Of a stretch of DNA of 64,000 nucleotides, positions 38,402 to 51,014 are shown in pieces (positions within the stretch are counted from its first letter, which is position 1; each line of letters starts with the position of its first letter). The position numbers and the translations under genes were made by a program. Under the pieces are notes generated by a model, which was given only the letters and a program-made list of their open reading frames with translations, ran no database searches and was not told the origin of the DNA. The stretch is from an uncultured Planctomycetaceae bacterium (GTDB lineage Bacteria > Planctomycetota > Planctomycetia > Pirellulales > PALSA-1355). Where the stretch lies: NCBI GenBank assembly GCA_963787355.1, contig CAWBCP010000008.1, positions 327,682 through 391,681 on the forward strand, written 5' to 3'.

Positions 38402-39655
38402 CTACTTCCGCACCGCTTCGGCTTCGAGAAAGTGATCCACGCCGTCGGCCTTGGCGATCACCACCACGCCCCCTTCGCTGACGGTGAAGCCGCGGGCGCG
38501 GTCGTGCTCGTGGTCGAAGCCGATGTGGGTGCCCGGCGGAATGCGCACGCCCTTGTCGATGATCGCCCGGCGCACGCGGGCGTGGCGGCCGATGTCGACC
38601 CCGTCGAGCAGGATCGAATCCTGCACGTGGGCAAAACTGTTGACGCGCGTATTGTTGCCCAGCACCGAGCGCTCGACCGTGCCGCCGGAGATGATCGAGC
38701 CCTGGCAGACGATGCTATCGAGCGCCTGGCCGCGGCGGGCATTGAAACCCTCTTCGGCGAACACGAACTTCGGCGGCGGGAACATCGGCAGGTAGGTGCG
38801 AATCGGCCACCGCTCGTCGTACATGTTCAACTGCGGGTCGACGGAGATCAGGTCCATGTTGGCTTCGAAGTAGGCGTCGAGCGTGCCCACGTCGCGCCAA
38901 TAGTCTTCCTTGCGGTTTTCGTCGAGAAACGGGAAGGCAAACACGCGATGAGTGCCGATGATCGGCGGGATGATGTTGCGGCCGAAGTCGTGGACGCTCG
39001 CCGGCCGTGTGGCGTCGAGGCACAACTGCTCGAACAAGAACCGGGCCGTGAACACGTACACGCCCATCGAGGCGTAAATGTGACTGGGATCGCCGGGCAC
39101 CGTGGCCGGATCGGCCGGCTTTTCCTGGAAGCCCCGGATGCGCTGATCGTCGTCGATTTCGATGACGCCGAAGTGCCGCGATTCGCTGGCCGGGGCCCGC
39201 AAGGCGCTGACCGTCAGGTCGGCCTGGTTTTGCTTGTGATAATCGACCAGCTTGCCGTAGTTCATCTTGTAGATGTGGTCGCCGGCCAGGACAACGACGT
39301 AGTCGGGTCGCTCCTTTTCGAGCGTGTAGATGTTCTGATAGACGGCGTCGGCCGTGCCTAGGTACCAGTGCTCGTCGATCCGCTGCTGGGGCGGGACGAC
39401 GTCGATGAACTCGTCCAGCTCGCGGCACAACAGGCTGCGCCAGCCGAGATTGATGTGGCGGTCGAGGCTCATCGCCTTGTATTGCGTGAGCACGAGGATG
39501 CGCCGCAGCCCGCTGTTGAGGCAGTTGGACAGCGTGAAGTCGATGATCCGGTAGGCTCCGCCGAAGGGCACCGCCGGCTTGGCGCGATCGCGCGTCAGAG
39601 GTTCCAGCCGCTCGCCCTTGCCGCCTGCCAAGACCACCGCTAGCACATTGTCCAT
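38402..39655 (-). CDS. glgC: Glucose-1-phosphate adenylyltransferase
   Basis: LAGGKGERLEPLTRDRAKPAVPFGG, WYLGTADAVYQN, GDHIYKMNY, ASMGVYVF, YWRDVGT. Confidence 0.98.
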   Translation of the reverse strand: MDNVLAVVLAGGKGERLEPLTRDRAKPAVPFGGAYRIIDFTLSNCLNSGLRRILVLTQYKAMSLDRHINLGWRSLLCRELDEFIDVVPPQQRIDEHWYLGTADAVYQNIYTLEKERPDYVVVLAGDHIYKMNYGKLVDYHKQNQADLTVSALRAPASESRHFGVIEIDDDQRIRGFQEKPADPATVPGDPSHIYASMGVYVFTARFLFEQLCLDATRPASVHDFGRNIIPPIIGTHRVFAFPFLDENRKEDYWRDVGTLDAYFEANMDLISVDPQLNMYDERWPIRTYLPMFPPPKFVFAEEGFNARRGQALDSIVCQGSIISGGTVERSVLGNNTRVNSFAHVQDSILLDGVDIGRHARVRRAIIDKGVRIPPGTHIGFDHEHDRARGFTVSEGGVVVIAKADGVDHFLEAEAVRK

Positions 39656-39837
39656 GCCGCTTGCTCCTCGTTGTTATCGGTCCTCGAGTTCTGGGCTCTC
39701 GTAATCTTATCTGCTGGCGGCGATTGGCTAAAGGGTCGAAGTCCGCCAGAGTGTCACAATCGGCCGCGCGGCACGATGCAGGATGCCGCTTTGCGATACG
39801 GCGCATCGAGAGACCAGGCTGCTAGTGCTCGGCGCGG

Positions 39838-41820
39838 CTAGCGCTCGGCGCCGCGGCCCAGCGCCTTGGTCGGTTCGTCGCCAGCGGCCGGCCGCGACGA
39901 GCGGCCCGCGTCGAGCCACTGCCGATGCCACAACTCGAAGAACAACAGGCCCCACAGCCGATGACCGTGGTCGGCGGTGCTCGCGGCGTGCTCGGCCAGC
40001 AGGCCCTCGACCGCGCCGGGACGAAAATACCCGCGAGCCAAGGTCGAGGGGTCGAGCAATACGTCGCGGGCCAGCGTGCCCAGCTCGCCGCGGAACCATT
40101 CGGCCAAGGGGACCGCAAAGCCCATCTTTCGCCGCCTCGTCACCTGCCGAGGCAGCAACTCGGGGAAGGCCTCGCCGAGAATTCGCTTGGTACGGCGGCC
40201 GCGCAACTTGTACGAAATCGGCAAGGCCGCGGCCAGTTCGACGACCCGATGATCGAGAAACGGCGCCCGGCATTCGAGGCTCGTGGCCATCGAGGCGACG
40301 TCGACCTTGGTCAGCAGGTCGCAAGGCAGATACGTGAGCACGTCGGCGAGGCTGGCGGCCGTCACCCGATCGCGCAGCCGGCAGCGCCGTTGGGCGGACG
40401 CCAGAAAGGCATAAGGGTCGGCGTCGGGCAAGTCCGCCAGGAACGCATCGCTGTACAGCGCCGCGCGGGCCGGCTCGTTGAATAACGAGACCAGCTCCAG
40501 GTAGCGGCGCCCGGGCGGATAGCGCAGCGCCTCGGCCAGCCGGCCGGCACGGCGCAGCATCGACCGCGGCGGGCGGCCGCGGCCTAGTCGTTCCCACCAC
40601 CGCGCGGCCGCCAGGCGATTCAACGGCGGCAGCCGATCGAGCGCGGCCGCCAGCCGCACGGCCTGGTAGCGCAGATAGCCGGCGAACAGCTCGTCGCCGC
40701 CGTCGCCGGTGAGCGCCACCGTGACGTGCTCGCGCGATAGCTTCGACACCCAATACGTCGGCACGGCCGAGCTGTCGGCAAACGGCTCGTCGTAATGCCA
40801 TACGAGCTTCGAGAGCACCTCGGCCGAGCGCGGCTCGACGATAAACTCGTGATGCTCGGTGCCCAACCGGGCGGCCACCTCGCGGGCGTAGGGCGTTTCG
40901 TCGTAAGCGCTTTCGGCAAAGCCGATCGAGAACGTCTTGACCGGCGCGGCGCTCAGCCGCTGCATCAGGCCCACGACCAGCGACGAATCGACACCGCCGG
41001 AGAGAAACGCCCCCAGCGGCACTTCCGATTCGAGCCGCATCCGCACGGCCGAGGTCATCAGCTCGCGCAGCTCGGCCGCACAGTCGGCCAACGGACGCTC
41101 GAGCTGGCGATTGAAGTCGACGTGCCAATAGGGCTCGACCGTCCAACGGTCGTCGGCGAACACGCCGTAGTGCCCCGGCGGCAGCTTGGCGAAGCCGCGC
41201 AAGATCGTTCGCGGGTGCGGCACGTATTGATACGTCAGATACTCGTCGAGCGCCTGAGGGTCGAGCTGCCGCTCGATCCCCGGAATCTCCAGCAGGCTCT
41301 TCAGTTCGCTGGCAAACGCCAGCCGCCCGGCCTCGTGGCGGTAGTAGAGCGGCTTTTCGCCCAGGCGGTCGCGGGCCACCACCAGCCGGCCGTAGCGTTC
41401 GTCCCAGATCGCCAGACCGAACATGCCGTTGAGATGATCGAGGAAGCCGAGCCCCTCGTCTTCGTAGAGATGGACGATCGCCTCGGTGTCGCTGGCGGTG
41501 CGAAACCGATGGCCCGCGCCTTCCAGCCGGCGGTGAAGTTCGTGATGGTTGTAGATTTCGCCGTTGAAGACGATCCACACCGAGCCGTCTTCGTTCGAGA
41601 GCGGCTGATGGCCGCCGGCCACGTCGATGATCGACAGCCGCCGCAGCCCCAGCGCCGCGCCGGGCACCGCGCCATAGCCCGGCCGATGGCGCAGCTCGCT
41701 GCGATACGCCCCCGCGTCGTCGGGGCCGCGATGCGCCAGCACGCTTGTCATGCGGGCCAGCACGTCGGGCTCGATCGCCAGTCGAGCATCGGTCCAGACT
41801 GCGCCGGTGATTCCGCACAT
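39838..41820 (-). CDS. asnB: Asparagine synthase (glutamine-hydrolysing) family amidotransferase
   Basis: N-terminal MCGITG, HRGPD, RRLSIID, FNGEIYN, LSGGVDSS, GDGGDELFAGY. Confidence 0.95.
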   Translation of the reverse strand: MCGITGAVWTDARLAIEPDVLARMTSVLAHRGPDDAGAYRSELRHRPGYGAVPGAALGLRRLSIIDVAGGHQPLSNEDGSVWIVFNGEIYNHHELHRRLEGAGHRFRTASDTEAIVHLYEDEGLGFLDHLNGMFGLAIWDERYGRLVVARDRLGEKPLYYRHEAGRLAFASELKSLLEIPGIERQLDPQALDEYLTYQYVPHPRTILRGFAKLPPGHYGVFADDRWTVEPYWHVDFNRQLERPLADCAAELRELMTSAVRMRLESEVPLGAFLSGGVDSSLVVGLMQRLSAAPVKTFSIGFAESAYDETPYAREVAARLGTEHHEFIVEPRSAEVLSKLVWHYDEPFADSSAVPTYWVSKLSREHVTVALTGDGGDELFAGYLRYQAVRLAAALDRLPPLNRLAAARWWERLGRGRPPRSMLRRAGRLAEALRYPPGRRYLELVSLFNEPARAALYSDAFLADLPDADPYAFLASAQRRCRLRDRVTAASLADVLTYLPCDLLTKVDVASMATSLECRAPFLDHRVVELAAALPISYKLRGRRTKRILGEAFPELLPRQVTRRRKMGFAVPLAEWFRGELGTLARDVLLDPSTLARGYFRPGAVEGLLAEHAASTADHGHRLWGLLFFELWHRQWLDAGRSSRPAAGDEPTKALGRGAER

Positions 41821-41893
41821 GAATGTATTTCCAGGCGATCGAGCCGCAACCCGGTGCCGCGAGTACGCCGTGGCGTGCGGCATGGGCTATTTC

Positions 41894-41962
41894 GTGTGCC
41901 ACGGGCTACGCCCGTGTGGCGCTGGCCAGCGTGGTCTTCACTGGCACAGCCAGTGGCACGCG
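41894..41962. repeat. REP-like inverted pair (GTGCCAC family)
   Basis: GTGTGCCACGGGCTACGCCCGTG and CACTGGCACAGCCAGTGGCAC. Confidence 0.7.
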
Positions 41963-41969
41963 AGGTCGT

Positions 41970-43079
41970 TCAACCACGCGCCACTAGTTCACGGTACAGC
42001 GCCGCGTGGGCGGCGACCATTGCGGCCACGGAGAAATCGGCAGCCACGCGGGCGCGAGCGGCCTCGCCCAGCCGCTGGGCCAGGTCGCCGTTGTCCAGCA
42101 ACCTATTGGCTGCGCGGGCCAGGCCGGCCCGATCGCCGAGCGGAACCAGAAAGCCGTTTTCGCCATCCACGACCAGCTCGCCGCAGCCCGGTGCGTCGCC
42201 GACCACGACGGGAATGCCGGCGGCCATGGCCTCGACCAGTGAGCCGCGCAGTCCCCCTCGTCGCCGGCCTGCCAGAACAGGTCGCACAGCCGCAGGATCC
42301 GCGCGGGGTCGGCGCGGGCCAAGAAAATGGACCTTGTCGTCGATATGGCATTGGCGGCGAAACCGCTCGAGGATCGCCCGCTGCGGCCCGTCGCCAACGA
42401 CGAGCAGGTGCACGTCGGCGCGAATCACCTTCAGCAGATCGGCGGCCCAGATCAGATCCTTGATGCGCGATGCCAGCGTCAACTTCGCCACCGAGCCAAT
42501 CAGCCGCGCGCCGGCGGGCAAACCCAGCTCGGCCAGCAGGGCGGCGCACGACTCGGCGAGGTGCGGCAGCGGCGCAAGCGGCTCGACGCCGTCGCGCACC
42601 AGACGCAACCTGGCGGCCGGCAGCCCCTGGGCTCGGGCAAAGTCCGCCAGCCACTGGCTGTTGACCAGCACCGCGTCGGTATAGGCCAGCAGCCGCCGCG
42701 CGGCGAGCCTGCGGCGCCACCCGCAGAGCACGCTCCCGTGGCGCAGCGAGGCCACGATGTGCGGCACGCCAGAGGCCAAAGCCGCCAGCCGCCCAGGCGT
42801 GGCCGCCGCGTCCCAGGCATGTGCCACGGATGGCCGCAAGGCGTGCAAGTGCTTGCGCAATTGCCACCAGGCTGCCGGATCATTGGGCGTGCGGCCCTCG
42901 ATGATCGTCAGCCGCTGGCCCAACGCGGCCAACTCGGTGAAGTTCGCGCGCCGCGGCGCGACGGCGCAGACGTGCATCTCGAACTCGTCGCCGCCAAGCC
43001 GTGAGATCACTTGCGCGAGCTGCTTGACCGCGGCCAACGGGCCGCCGGCCGCCGCGATGTGCACGATGCGTGCGGTCAT
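41970..43079 (-). CDS. Glycosyltransferase family 4 (GT-B), compensating frameshifts ~42250-42315
   Basis: HLLVVGDGPQR, SLVEAMAAGIPVV, ELVVDGENGFLVP. Confidence 0.9.
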   Translation of the reverse strand: MTARIVHIAAAGGPLAAVKQLAQVISRLGGDEFEMHVCAVAPRRANFTELAALGQRLTIIEGRTPNDPAAWWQLRKHLHALRPSVAHAWDAAATPGRLAALASGVPHIVASLRHGSVLCGWRRRLAARRLLAYTDAVLVNSQWLADFARAQGLPAARLRLVRDGVEPLAPLPHLAESCAALLAELGLPAGARLIGSVAKLTLASRIKDLIWAADLLKVIRADVHLLVVGDGPQRAILERFRRQCHIDDKVHFLGPRRPRADPAAVRPVLAGRRRGGLRGSLVEAMAAGIPVVVGDAPGCGELVVDGENGFLVPLGDRAGLARAANRLLDNGDLAQRLGEAARARVAADFSVAAMVAAHAALYRELVARG

Positions 43080-43612
43080 TTCCAGCGCCCCGGCTCGAGG
43101 TCCGCTTCATCGAGCGCCGCCACGTACGGCAGGTTGCGATACGCGTCGCAATAGTCGAGCCCGTAGCCCACCACGAACACGTCGGGAATCGGGAACACGA
43201 CGTGGTCGGGCTCGAAGTCGACCACCTGCCGGCCGATTTTCCGCAACAAGACCGCCGTGCGCAGCGACCGCGGCTCGAGGGCCTGCATCTGGGCATGGAG
43301 CGTGGCCAGGGTGCGCCCGGTGTCGAAAATGTCGTCGACCAACAGCACGTCGCGGTCGCGGATGTCGGGCAACAGCGCGTCGTTGATGACCAGCTCGCCG
43401 GGCCGCGTGGCGCCGCCGCGGTAGCTGCGGGCCTGCACCAGGCCCACGCGCAGCGGCAGATCGAGCCGGCGGATCAAGTCGGCCACGATCACGATGCTGC
43501 CGGTCAACACGGCCACGACGGTCAGCGTCCGGCCGGCGTAATGCGCGGCCACCTCGGCGGCCAGCCGCTCGATGCCCGCTTCGAGCTGCTCGGGAGTGAG
43601 AATCTGCTTCAA
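43076..43612 (-). CDS. hpt: Hypoxanthine phosphoribosyltransferase
   Basis: PRPP-binding VLLVDDIFDTGRTL and FVVGYGLDY...YRNLPYV. Confidence 0.95.
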   Translation of the reverse strand: MKQILTPEQLEAGIERLAAEVAAHYAGRTLTVVAVLTGSIVIVADLIRRLDLPLRVGLVQARSYRGGATRPGELVINDALLPDIRDRDVLLVDDIFDTGRTLATLHAQMQALEPRSLRTAVLLRKIGRQVVDFEPDHVVFPIPDVFVVGYGLDYCDAYRNLPYVAALDEADLEPGRWK

Positions 43613-43919
43613 GAAGCTTTCCCTCGGTTGGGTCGCGGGTCTGTCGAGCGGTCGAGAATCCGCGACGGCGTGCGCCTATTGTAAGAATCCGCCGGAAGGT
43701 CGAATAGGCGCGCCGTTCCTGGTCGCGGGCGTCGAATCCGCCAGTTTTGCTCGCTCAAACACGCGCTGCGGCCGTGGTTTGACTCGCGCTTGCGGAATTG
43801 GCCATGCACGCCGCTTTGGGCTATCATGAACCGTCGGCGCTCGCGGGGCAGGCGCCCGAACGGCGACGGCCTTACCCATGCGCGATCGAGGCAGCGAAGG
43901 TCATGATCGGGGGCGGCAC

Positions 43920-44360
43920 GTGCAGGCAAAACTGGTGGTCGTCGGCGGCAAGGCGATGGCCCGCCAATACGACCTCGATTTGCCGACCGTGATCGGACGC
44001 AGCCGCAGCACCGATCTGACGCTCCGCCATCCGCTGGTCAGCCGCCAGCACTGCGAAGTTTTCGAATCCAACGGCATGCTGATGGTCCGCGACCTGGGCT
44101 CGCTCAACGGCACGTTCATCGGCGACATGCGGATCGCCGAACAAGCGATGCCCGTCAAGCCGGGCGACTTGCTGACGATCGGCCCGGTGACGTTTCGGGC
44201 CGTTTACAAGTCGCCGGGGCGCCGCGCCAAGGCGGTCGATTGGGACGCCAGCGGACCGACGCTCGATGCCCCGCTGCCAGGGAAGGACAAGCCCCAGGGC
44301 AAGCACCGCGGCAAGCGCGACACCGACGGCGACGCCATGGGGCCGCCCTCGAATAACTGA
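43920..44360 (+). CDS. FHA domain protein
   Basis: [23 protein letters not shown]. Confidence 0.92.
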   Translation: MQAKLVVVGGKAMARQYDLDLPTVIGRSRSTDLTLRHPLVSRQHCEVFESNGMLMVRDLGSLNGTFIGDMRIAEQAMPVKPGDLLTIGPVTFRAVYKSPGRRAKAVDWDASGPTLDAPLPGKDKPQGKHRGKRDTDGDAMGPPSNN

Positions 44361-44434
44361 TGTTCCGCCAATCGCTCCGCTGGTCGCCAAATCGCCAGGC
44401 GCCGCGGGAGTACCCCTTGCAAGGATTGTTCGCG

Positions 44435-46390
<1,956 letters not shown>

Positions 46391-46412
<22 letters not shown>

Positions 46413-46549
46413 AGGGCGGAGGCGGGAGGCCGGCACACCGGGGTCCCGAGGGAGCGCGCGCTCGCGCATTGAGAAAGCGTTGCCTCGAAGCCATACCGCA
46501 GCGGCAGTTTTTCTTCCCTCCGGCCTCCGGTCTCCCGCTTCCGGCCTCT
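46391..46549. repeat. Inverted low-complexity heptamer-like repeats (GGAGGC(C/G)G versus CCTCCGG), REP-like
   Basis: GGAGGCCGGAGGCGGGAAG...GGAGGCGGGAGGCCGG is answered by CCTCCGGCCTCCGGTCTCCCGCTTCCGGCCTC. Confidence 0.55.
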
Positions 46550-46794
46550 CACTGTGCTGGCAATAGTTTCGCCCGCTCGGCTTCCTTGCGATGGACGCCG
46601 TAACAGTAGGTGGCTTTCTCATCGGCAGAGCTGACGAGGACCATGTCGGGCGGCAGCTTCGTTTTGGCCAGCGGCCAGGCGCGCTCGTCGTCGATGGACC
46701 AGCGGCGAAGGTTGTCGGCGGGAAGCTCGGCACCTTGGGCGAAAATCGTGCCGGTGTCCTTGTCGATGCCGAGCCACTGAGAAAACGAGCGCAT
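46549..46794 (-). CDS. Small hypothetical protein (81 aa)
   Basis: MRSFSQWLGIDKDTGTIFAQG... is protein-like, with GAGG before the ATG and a TACAAT -10-like element at 46890-46885. Confidence 0.6.
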   Translation of the reverse strand: MRSFSQWLGIDKDTGTIFAQGAELPADNLRRWSIDDERAWPLAKTKLPPDMVLVSSADEKATYCYGVHRKEAERAKLLPAQ

Positions 46795-47021
46795 GGCGAA
46801 CCTCGCGTGGTGACCGAGTTGATCCAAGTCACCGGCGAGCCGTTAACGTACCGAGGGCCCGCTTCCGCCATGGTGCGACGCCGATTGTAGCCCAAAGAGG
46901 CGGCCGATTGCAGCCCGAAAAGTCCGTCGGCGGCAGATGTTTTTCCGCGGCGCTTGCCCGCCGGGCGCGAGCGAGGTCCAATCGAGCACCTGCACCGTCC
47001 ATCAGGCCAGGGCCCGCTGCC

Positions 47022-47639
47022 GTGCTCTTGTTCAAGAAGAAATTCCTGCCCGCCATCCGTTCAGGGGAGAAGACGCAGACGATCCGGCTATGGAACGTCT
47101 GCCGCATGAAGTCGGGACAACGCAGCTATATTCCCGGGGCCGGCTACATCCGCGTCGAGTCGGTCGAGCCGGTCGAGCTGGCGGTGCTCACCGACGAGGA
47201 CGCGCGTCCCGACGGCTTCGCCACCGCCGACGCCCTGCGCCGCGAAATCGAGCTGCTCTACGCCGGCCAGTTGGCTGCCGGACATCGTGCCTACCGCGTC
47301 CGCTTCCGGCTGCTGCCGCCCGACGAGCAGGCCGCCGCCGTGGCCGCGCGCAAGGCCGCCAAGCGCGCCGCCGCCAGCGTCAATCCGCCGCCACGCCAGC
47401 CGACGCTCGATGCCGCCGGCACCGCGAAGGCGCGGCGCGGTCAAGGATTGAGCATGCGGCTGAAGCCTTGGGCAATGGCTTGCGGGTCGTCGGAAACCCA
47501 CAGCGCGAGCGTGGCCAGGATCGCCATTCCAGCCAGCACCAGCCAGACGCCGTGGGGCTGCAGGCGGACGCTCGTGCTCTGCAATCGCTCGCGCAGCGCC
47601 GCTTCGAGCCGTCGCCAGCCGCTGGCGCTCTGGTCGTAG
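47022..47639 (+). CDS. ASCH (PUA-like) domain protein
   Basis: LLFKKKFLPAIRSGEKTQTIR and LTDEDARPDGF. The long overlap with the convergent gene suggests a true end near 47450. Confidence 0.85.
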   Translation: MLLFKKKFLPAIRSGEKTQTIRLWNVCRMKSGQRSYIPGAGYIRVESVEPVELAVLTDEDARPDGFATADALRREIELLYAGQLAAGHRAYRVRFRLLPPDEQAAAVAARKAAKRAAASVNPPPRQPTLDAAGTAKARRGQGLSMRLKPWAMACGSSETHSASVARIAIPASTSQTPWGCRRTLVLCNRSRSAASSRRQPLALWS

Positions 47640-48091
47640 CTGGTGGCCACTAGCGAGATGTTGGCCAGCGGCGGAAACGTTTCGACGTGAAAGCCGATGC
47701 GCACCAGCGGCAGGTTCACCGCCCGGCCGGCGAACGCGGCGTCGCCGTCGAGCCGCCGCACGGTCTCTTCCAGCAAGGGCCGTAGCTGTTCCATCGTGAT
47801 GCCGTAGATCACCAGCCGCGGCCGGCTGAGGATGACCGCCAACAGCAGGCTCAGGGCATAAAAACTGGCCATCAGCAGCCACACGTAGGCGCCGAATTGA
47901 GCCGCGGCCTCCAGCGGCATGAACAACTGCAGGGGACCGACCACGACCAGGCCCCCCAACGCCAGCCCCAGGGCCAGCGTCTCGCGCGCGCCGCCCAACA
48001 CCACCGGCCGCCGCGCCAGGTTCAAGAGCCCCACGAACACCAGGTAAATCGCCAGCGGGCCAAAGGCCAGGCAGGCCGCGAAGGGTTCCAT
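47441..48091 (-). CDS. Hypothetical membrane protein (about 4 TM segments)
   Basis: Several hydrophobic helices starting at MEPFAACLAFGPLAIYLV. Confidence 0.8.
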   Translation of the reverse strand: MEPFAACLAFGPLAIYLVFVGLLNLARRPVVLGGARETLALGLALGGLVVVGPLQLFMPLEAAAQFGAYVWLLMASFYALSLLLAVILSRPRLVIYGITMEQLRPLLEETVRRLDGDAAFAGRAVNLPLVRIGFHVETFPPLANISLVATSYDQSASGWRRLEAALRERLQSTSVRLQPHGVWLVLAGMAILATLALWVSDDPQAIAQGFSRMLNP

Positions 48092-48170
48092 CGGTTCTGC
48101 TCTCTTGGTCCGTGAGTGGGGCCTGCCAGGCCGCAAGCGCTCGAGGCGGCGTGTTCGGCTGGCCCGTTCT

Positions 48171-49192
48171 TCACTTCTTGACCGCTTGTTCCAGCCAGGT
48201 GCTGACGACCCAGCCGACCTTGGCTAGCGACAGCGCGCTGCAGCGCTCGGCCGTGTCGGCGCGGGTGTGCCAAGCGGGGTAGTCGAAATCGATGATGTCG
48301 CAGCAGGCGATGCCGCCCATGTCGTGCAGGCGGATGTGATCGTCGTTGACGTTCCAAGCCCGGCCGCTCATGAACTCGCGCACGCCGAGGCGTCGGGCCG
48401 TGCCCCAGATCTGCTCGACCAGGGGGCGCGTATCGGGCCAGGCGAGGCTATGGCGGTCGGGATAGATCTGCAATTCGGCGTCGGCCACCATGTCCAGCAA
48501 TACGCCCCAGCGATAGGCATAGCCCTCGTGCCCCGCGGCATACTGCCGGGCGAAATACTCGGCGCCGACGAAGTAGGGATCGCGTTGCTCGTCGAACACG
48601 TATTCTTCGGCGTCGAACAAGGCGAAATCGACTCCCAGCTTGCCGGGCAGCTCGCCCATGCCGTGCGCCATTTCCATCAACAATGCGGTGCCGCTGGCGC
48701 CGTCGTTGGCGCCCAGGAACGTGCCCCGGCGGTCGGTCGGGTCGCGGTCGGGGTAGGGCCGCGTATCGTAATGTGCGCACAGCAAGATGCGCTCCTGGCG
48801 CTTGGGATGCCAACGGACCAGCAGGTTGGCCATCGAGACGGGTTTGCCATTGGTGGGGTCTCGGATGGCAAATCGTTGCAGCTGGACCTCGCCGCCCAGC
48901 TTCTGGAAATGGTCGGCGAGCAGTTTCTGCTGCGCCGCCATGCCAGTCGAGCCGCTCACGCGCGGGCCCAGGTCGCAGAGCTTCGTCAGGTATTCGTATG
49001 CGCGGCGCCGTTGAAGGGGATGTCATCGAGCGCCAGCCGCAAGCGCGCCTGCGGCGCGCCGCGCACCGTCGAGGCCGGATCGTGAAACGCGACCAGATAT
49101 ACGACCAGCAGGCAGCCGCCGACGACCACTGCGGCCAGCAGGAGGGCCTGGGCCGAGAGTCGGGCGCGCGGCGTTTTGTCGGCTGGCGTCAT
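48171..49192 (-). CDS. M28 family peptidase / glutaminyl-peptide cyclotransferase-like (frameshift ~49005)
   Basis: AHYDTRP, GANDGASG, FDAEE, LLDMV, DDH, WHTRADT. N-terminal anchor in ORF 48986..49192. Confidence 0.9.
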
Positions 49193-49355
49193 GCTTTCAT
49201 TCTAAGTCGACCGCGCTCTAGGGCCTAGACGGATCAAACCCTTCGGCGCGCCGAAAGCGACAGCTTGTGAGCTATTGCCGGCGGGGATAAAATCGCCGCG
49301 AGTCTACGATTTCACGCGTGGCACGCGCGGGTCCGCCCGGCCCTGCAAAATGAGC

Positions 49356-49964
49356 ATGATCAGCGTCAGCGAAATCACCGACCTGCAAACCCGCTGCGTC
49401 GCCGAGTGGCATGCCGGGCCGATGGCCAATCCGTACACGGGTTTTTTGCACACGGTCTGCCGCCAGCACACGTTCAACTACCTGCTCTGGCACGAGGAAG
49501 ACATCGCTCGCAGCCCGCAGGCGAGCACCGAGCAGATCGCCGCGGTGAAGCGGGCCATCGACGGGTATAACCAGCAGCGCAACGACGCAATCGAAGCGAT
49601 CGACGCCGAATTGCTCAAAGAGCTGGCCGCTCGCCAGGTCGTGCCGCAAGCCGGCGCACGGCAGAACACGGAAACGCCCGGTAGCACGATCGATCGGCTT
49701 TCGATCCTGTCGCTGCGGCTGTATCACATGCAGGAACAGGCCGACCGTGCCGACGCCAGCGAAGCCCATCGGGCCAAGGCCCGCGACCGCCTGGTCATCC
49801 TGCGCGAGCAACACCGCGACTTGTCGCAATCGCTGGCCGAGCTGTTGGACGAAATCTTTGCCGGCCGCAAGCGGCTGAAGGTGTATTTCCAGTTCAAGAT
49901 GTACAACGACCCGACGATGAATCCGTACTTGTACCGGCAGGGTGGCAAGCCGGACGGGGCGTGA
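49356..49964 (+). CDS. DUF4254 domain protein
   Basis: LWHEEDIAR, KRAIDGYNQQRND, TETPGSTIDRLSILSLRLYHM, FKMYNDP. Confidence 0.88.
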   Translation: MISVSEITDLQTRCVAEWHAGPMANPYTGFLHTVCRQHTFNYLLWHEEDIARSPQASTEQIAAVKRAIDGYNQQRNDAIEAIDAELLKELAARQVVPQAGARQNTETPGSTIDRLSILSLRLYHMQEQADRADASEAHRAKARDRLVILREQHRDLSQSLAELLDEIFAGRKRLKVYFQFKMYNDPTMNPYLYRQGGKPDGA

Positions 49965-50072
49965 GCTTGGCGCGTTGGCGTGCCTGGCAGCGTGTGCCAC
50001 GGCCGGCTCGCAGAGACAGCCGCGCCCGCGCGAGACGGACGTCAGCAATCATGCGCCGCACGCTCGAGTTGG

Positions 50073-50886
50073 CTATGCGGTCCCCGTGTCGCGCTGGCGC
50101 CAGGCTTCGTAGAACAGCACGGCGGCGGTGGCCGACACGTTCAGGCTGTCGGCCGAGCCCAGCATGGGCAGCTTGATGGGTGCGATGTCGTCGGCGCGCC
50201 AGGGGTCGCTCAGGCCCGCGGCCTCGCTGCCCAGCACGATGGCCACGTCGCCGCGCAGATCGACGTCGGTGTAGAGCCGCCGGGCGTCGAGCCGGGCCGC
50301 GAAGATCTGGCAGCCGCGCTCGCGCAGCCAGGCCAGCGTCTCGTCGGTCGTGGCGTGGCAGACCTGCGTCGTGAATAGCGTGCCCAGGCTGGCGCGGATG
50401 CAATTGGGATTGTAGAGGTCGGTGCCTCCGCTGGCGGCAATCACGGCCGAGACGCCCGCGGCATCGGCGCTGCGCAGCACGGCCCCCACGTTGCCCGGTT
50501 TTTCCAGTCCTTCGAGCACCACGACCAGCGCATCGCCTTCGAGCCGCAAATCGGCCAGCGTGCGGCTCGGCGTTTCGGCCACGGCCACCACGCCCTCGTG
50601 CCGATCGCCGAAGGCCAGCTTCTCGAACACCTCGGGCGCAACGTGATAGACCTGCGCCGGCAGGCGTTCGAGCCCGTCGAGCACGTGCAGGCTTTCAGCC
50701 GATTTGCACAGCGGCACGCAGGCGAAGACCTCGACGAGCGCCACCCCGCCCTCGATCGCCAGCAGCAGCTCGCGGGCCCCGTCGATGACGAAGCGGCCCT
50801 GGCGCGGCCCGCTGGCGGCGGTCGCGCAACTTCGCGGCCTCCTTGACCCGGGGATTGTGCAGACTGGTGATTTCCTTGACGCGCAT
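50073..50886 (-). CDS. TrmH/SpoU family RNA methyltransferase (local indels ~50810)
   Basis: ITSLHNPRVK, EKPGNVGAVLRSADA, LGSEAAGL, DSLNVSAT. Confidence 0.93.
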
Positions 50887-50928
50887 CGAATGGCGATGTG
50901 GGTGCTGAATCTGACTGGGGCTGATTTC

Positions 50929-50999
50929 GTGTGCCACTGGCTCTGCCAGTGCCTTCCCGACGTTTGAGCATGGCGGCACTGGCAAAGCCAGTGGCACAC
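50929..50999. repeat. REP-like inverted pair (GTGCCAC family)
   Basis: GTGTGCCACTGGCTCTGCCAGTGC and GCACTGGCAAAGCCAGTGGCACAC. Confidence 0.88.
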
Positions 51000-51014
51000 G
51001 AGTGGCGATTTCCC

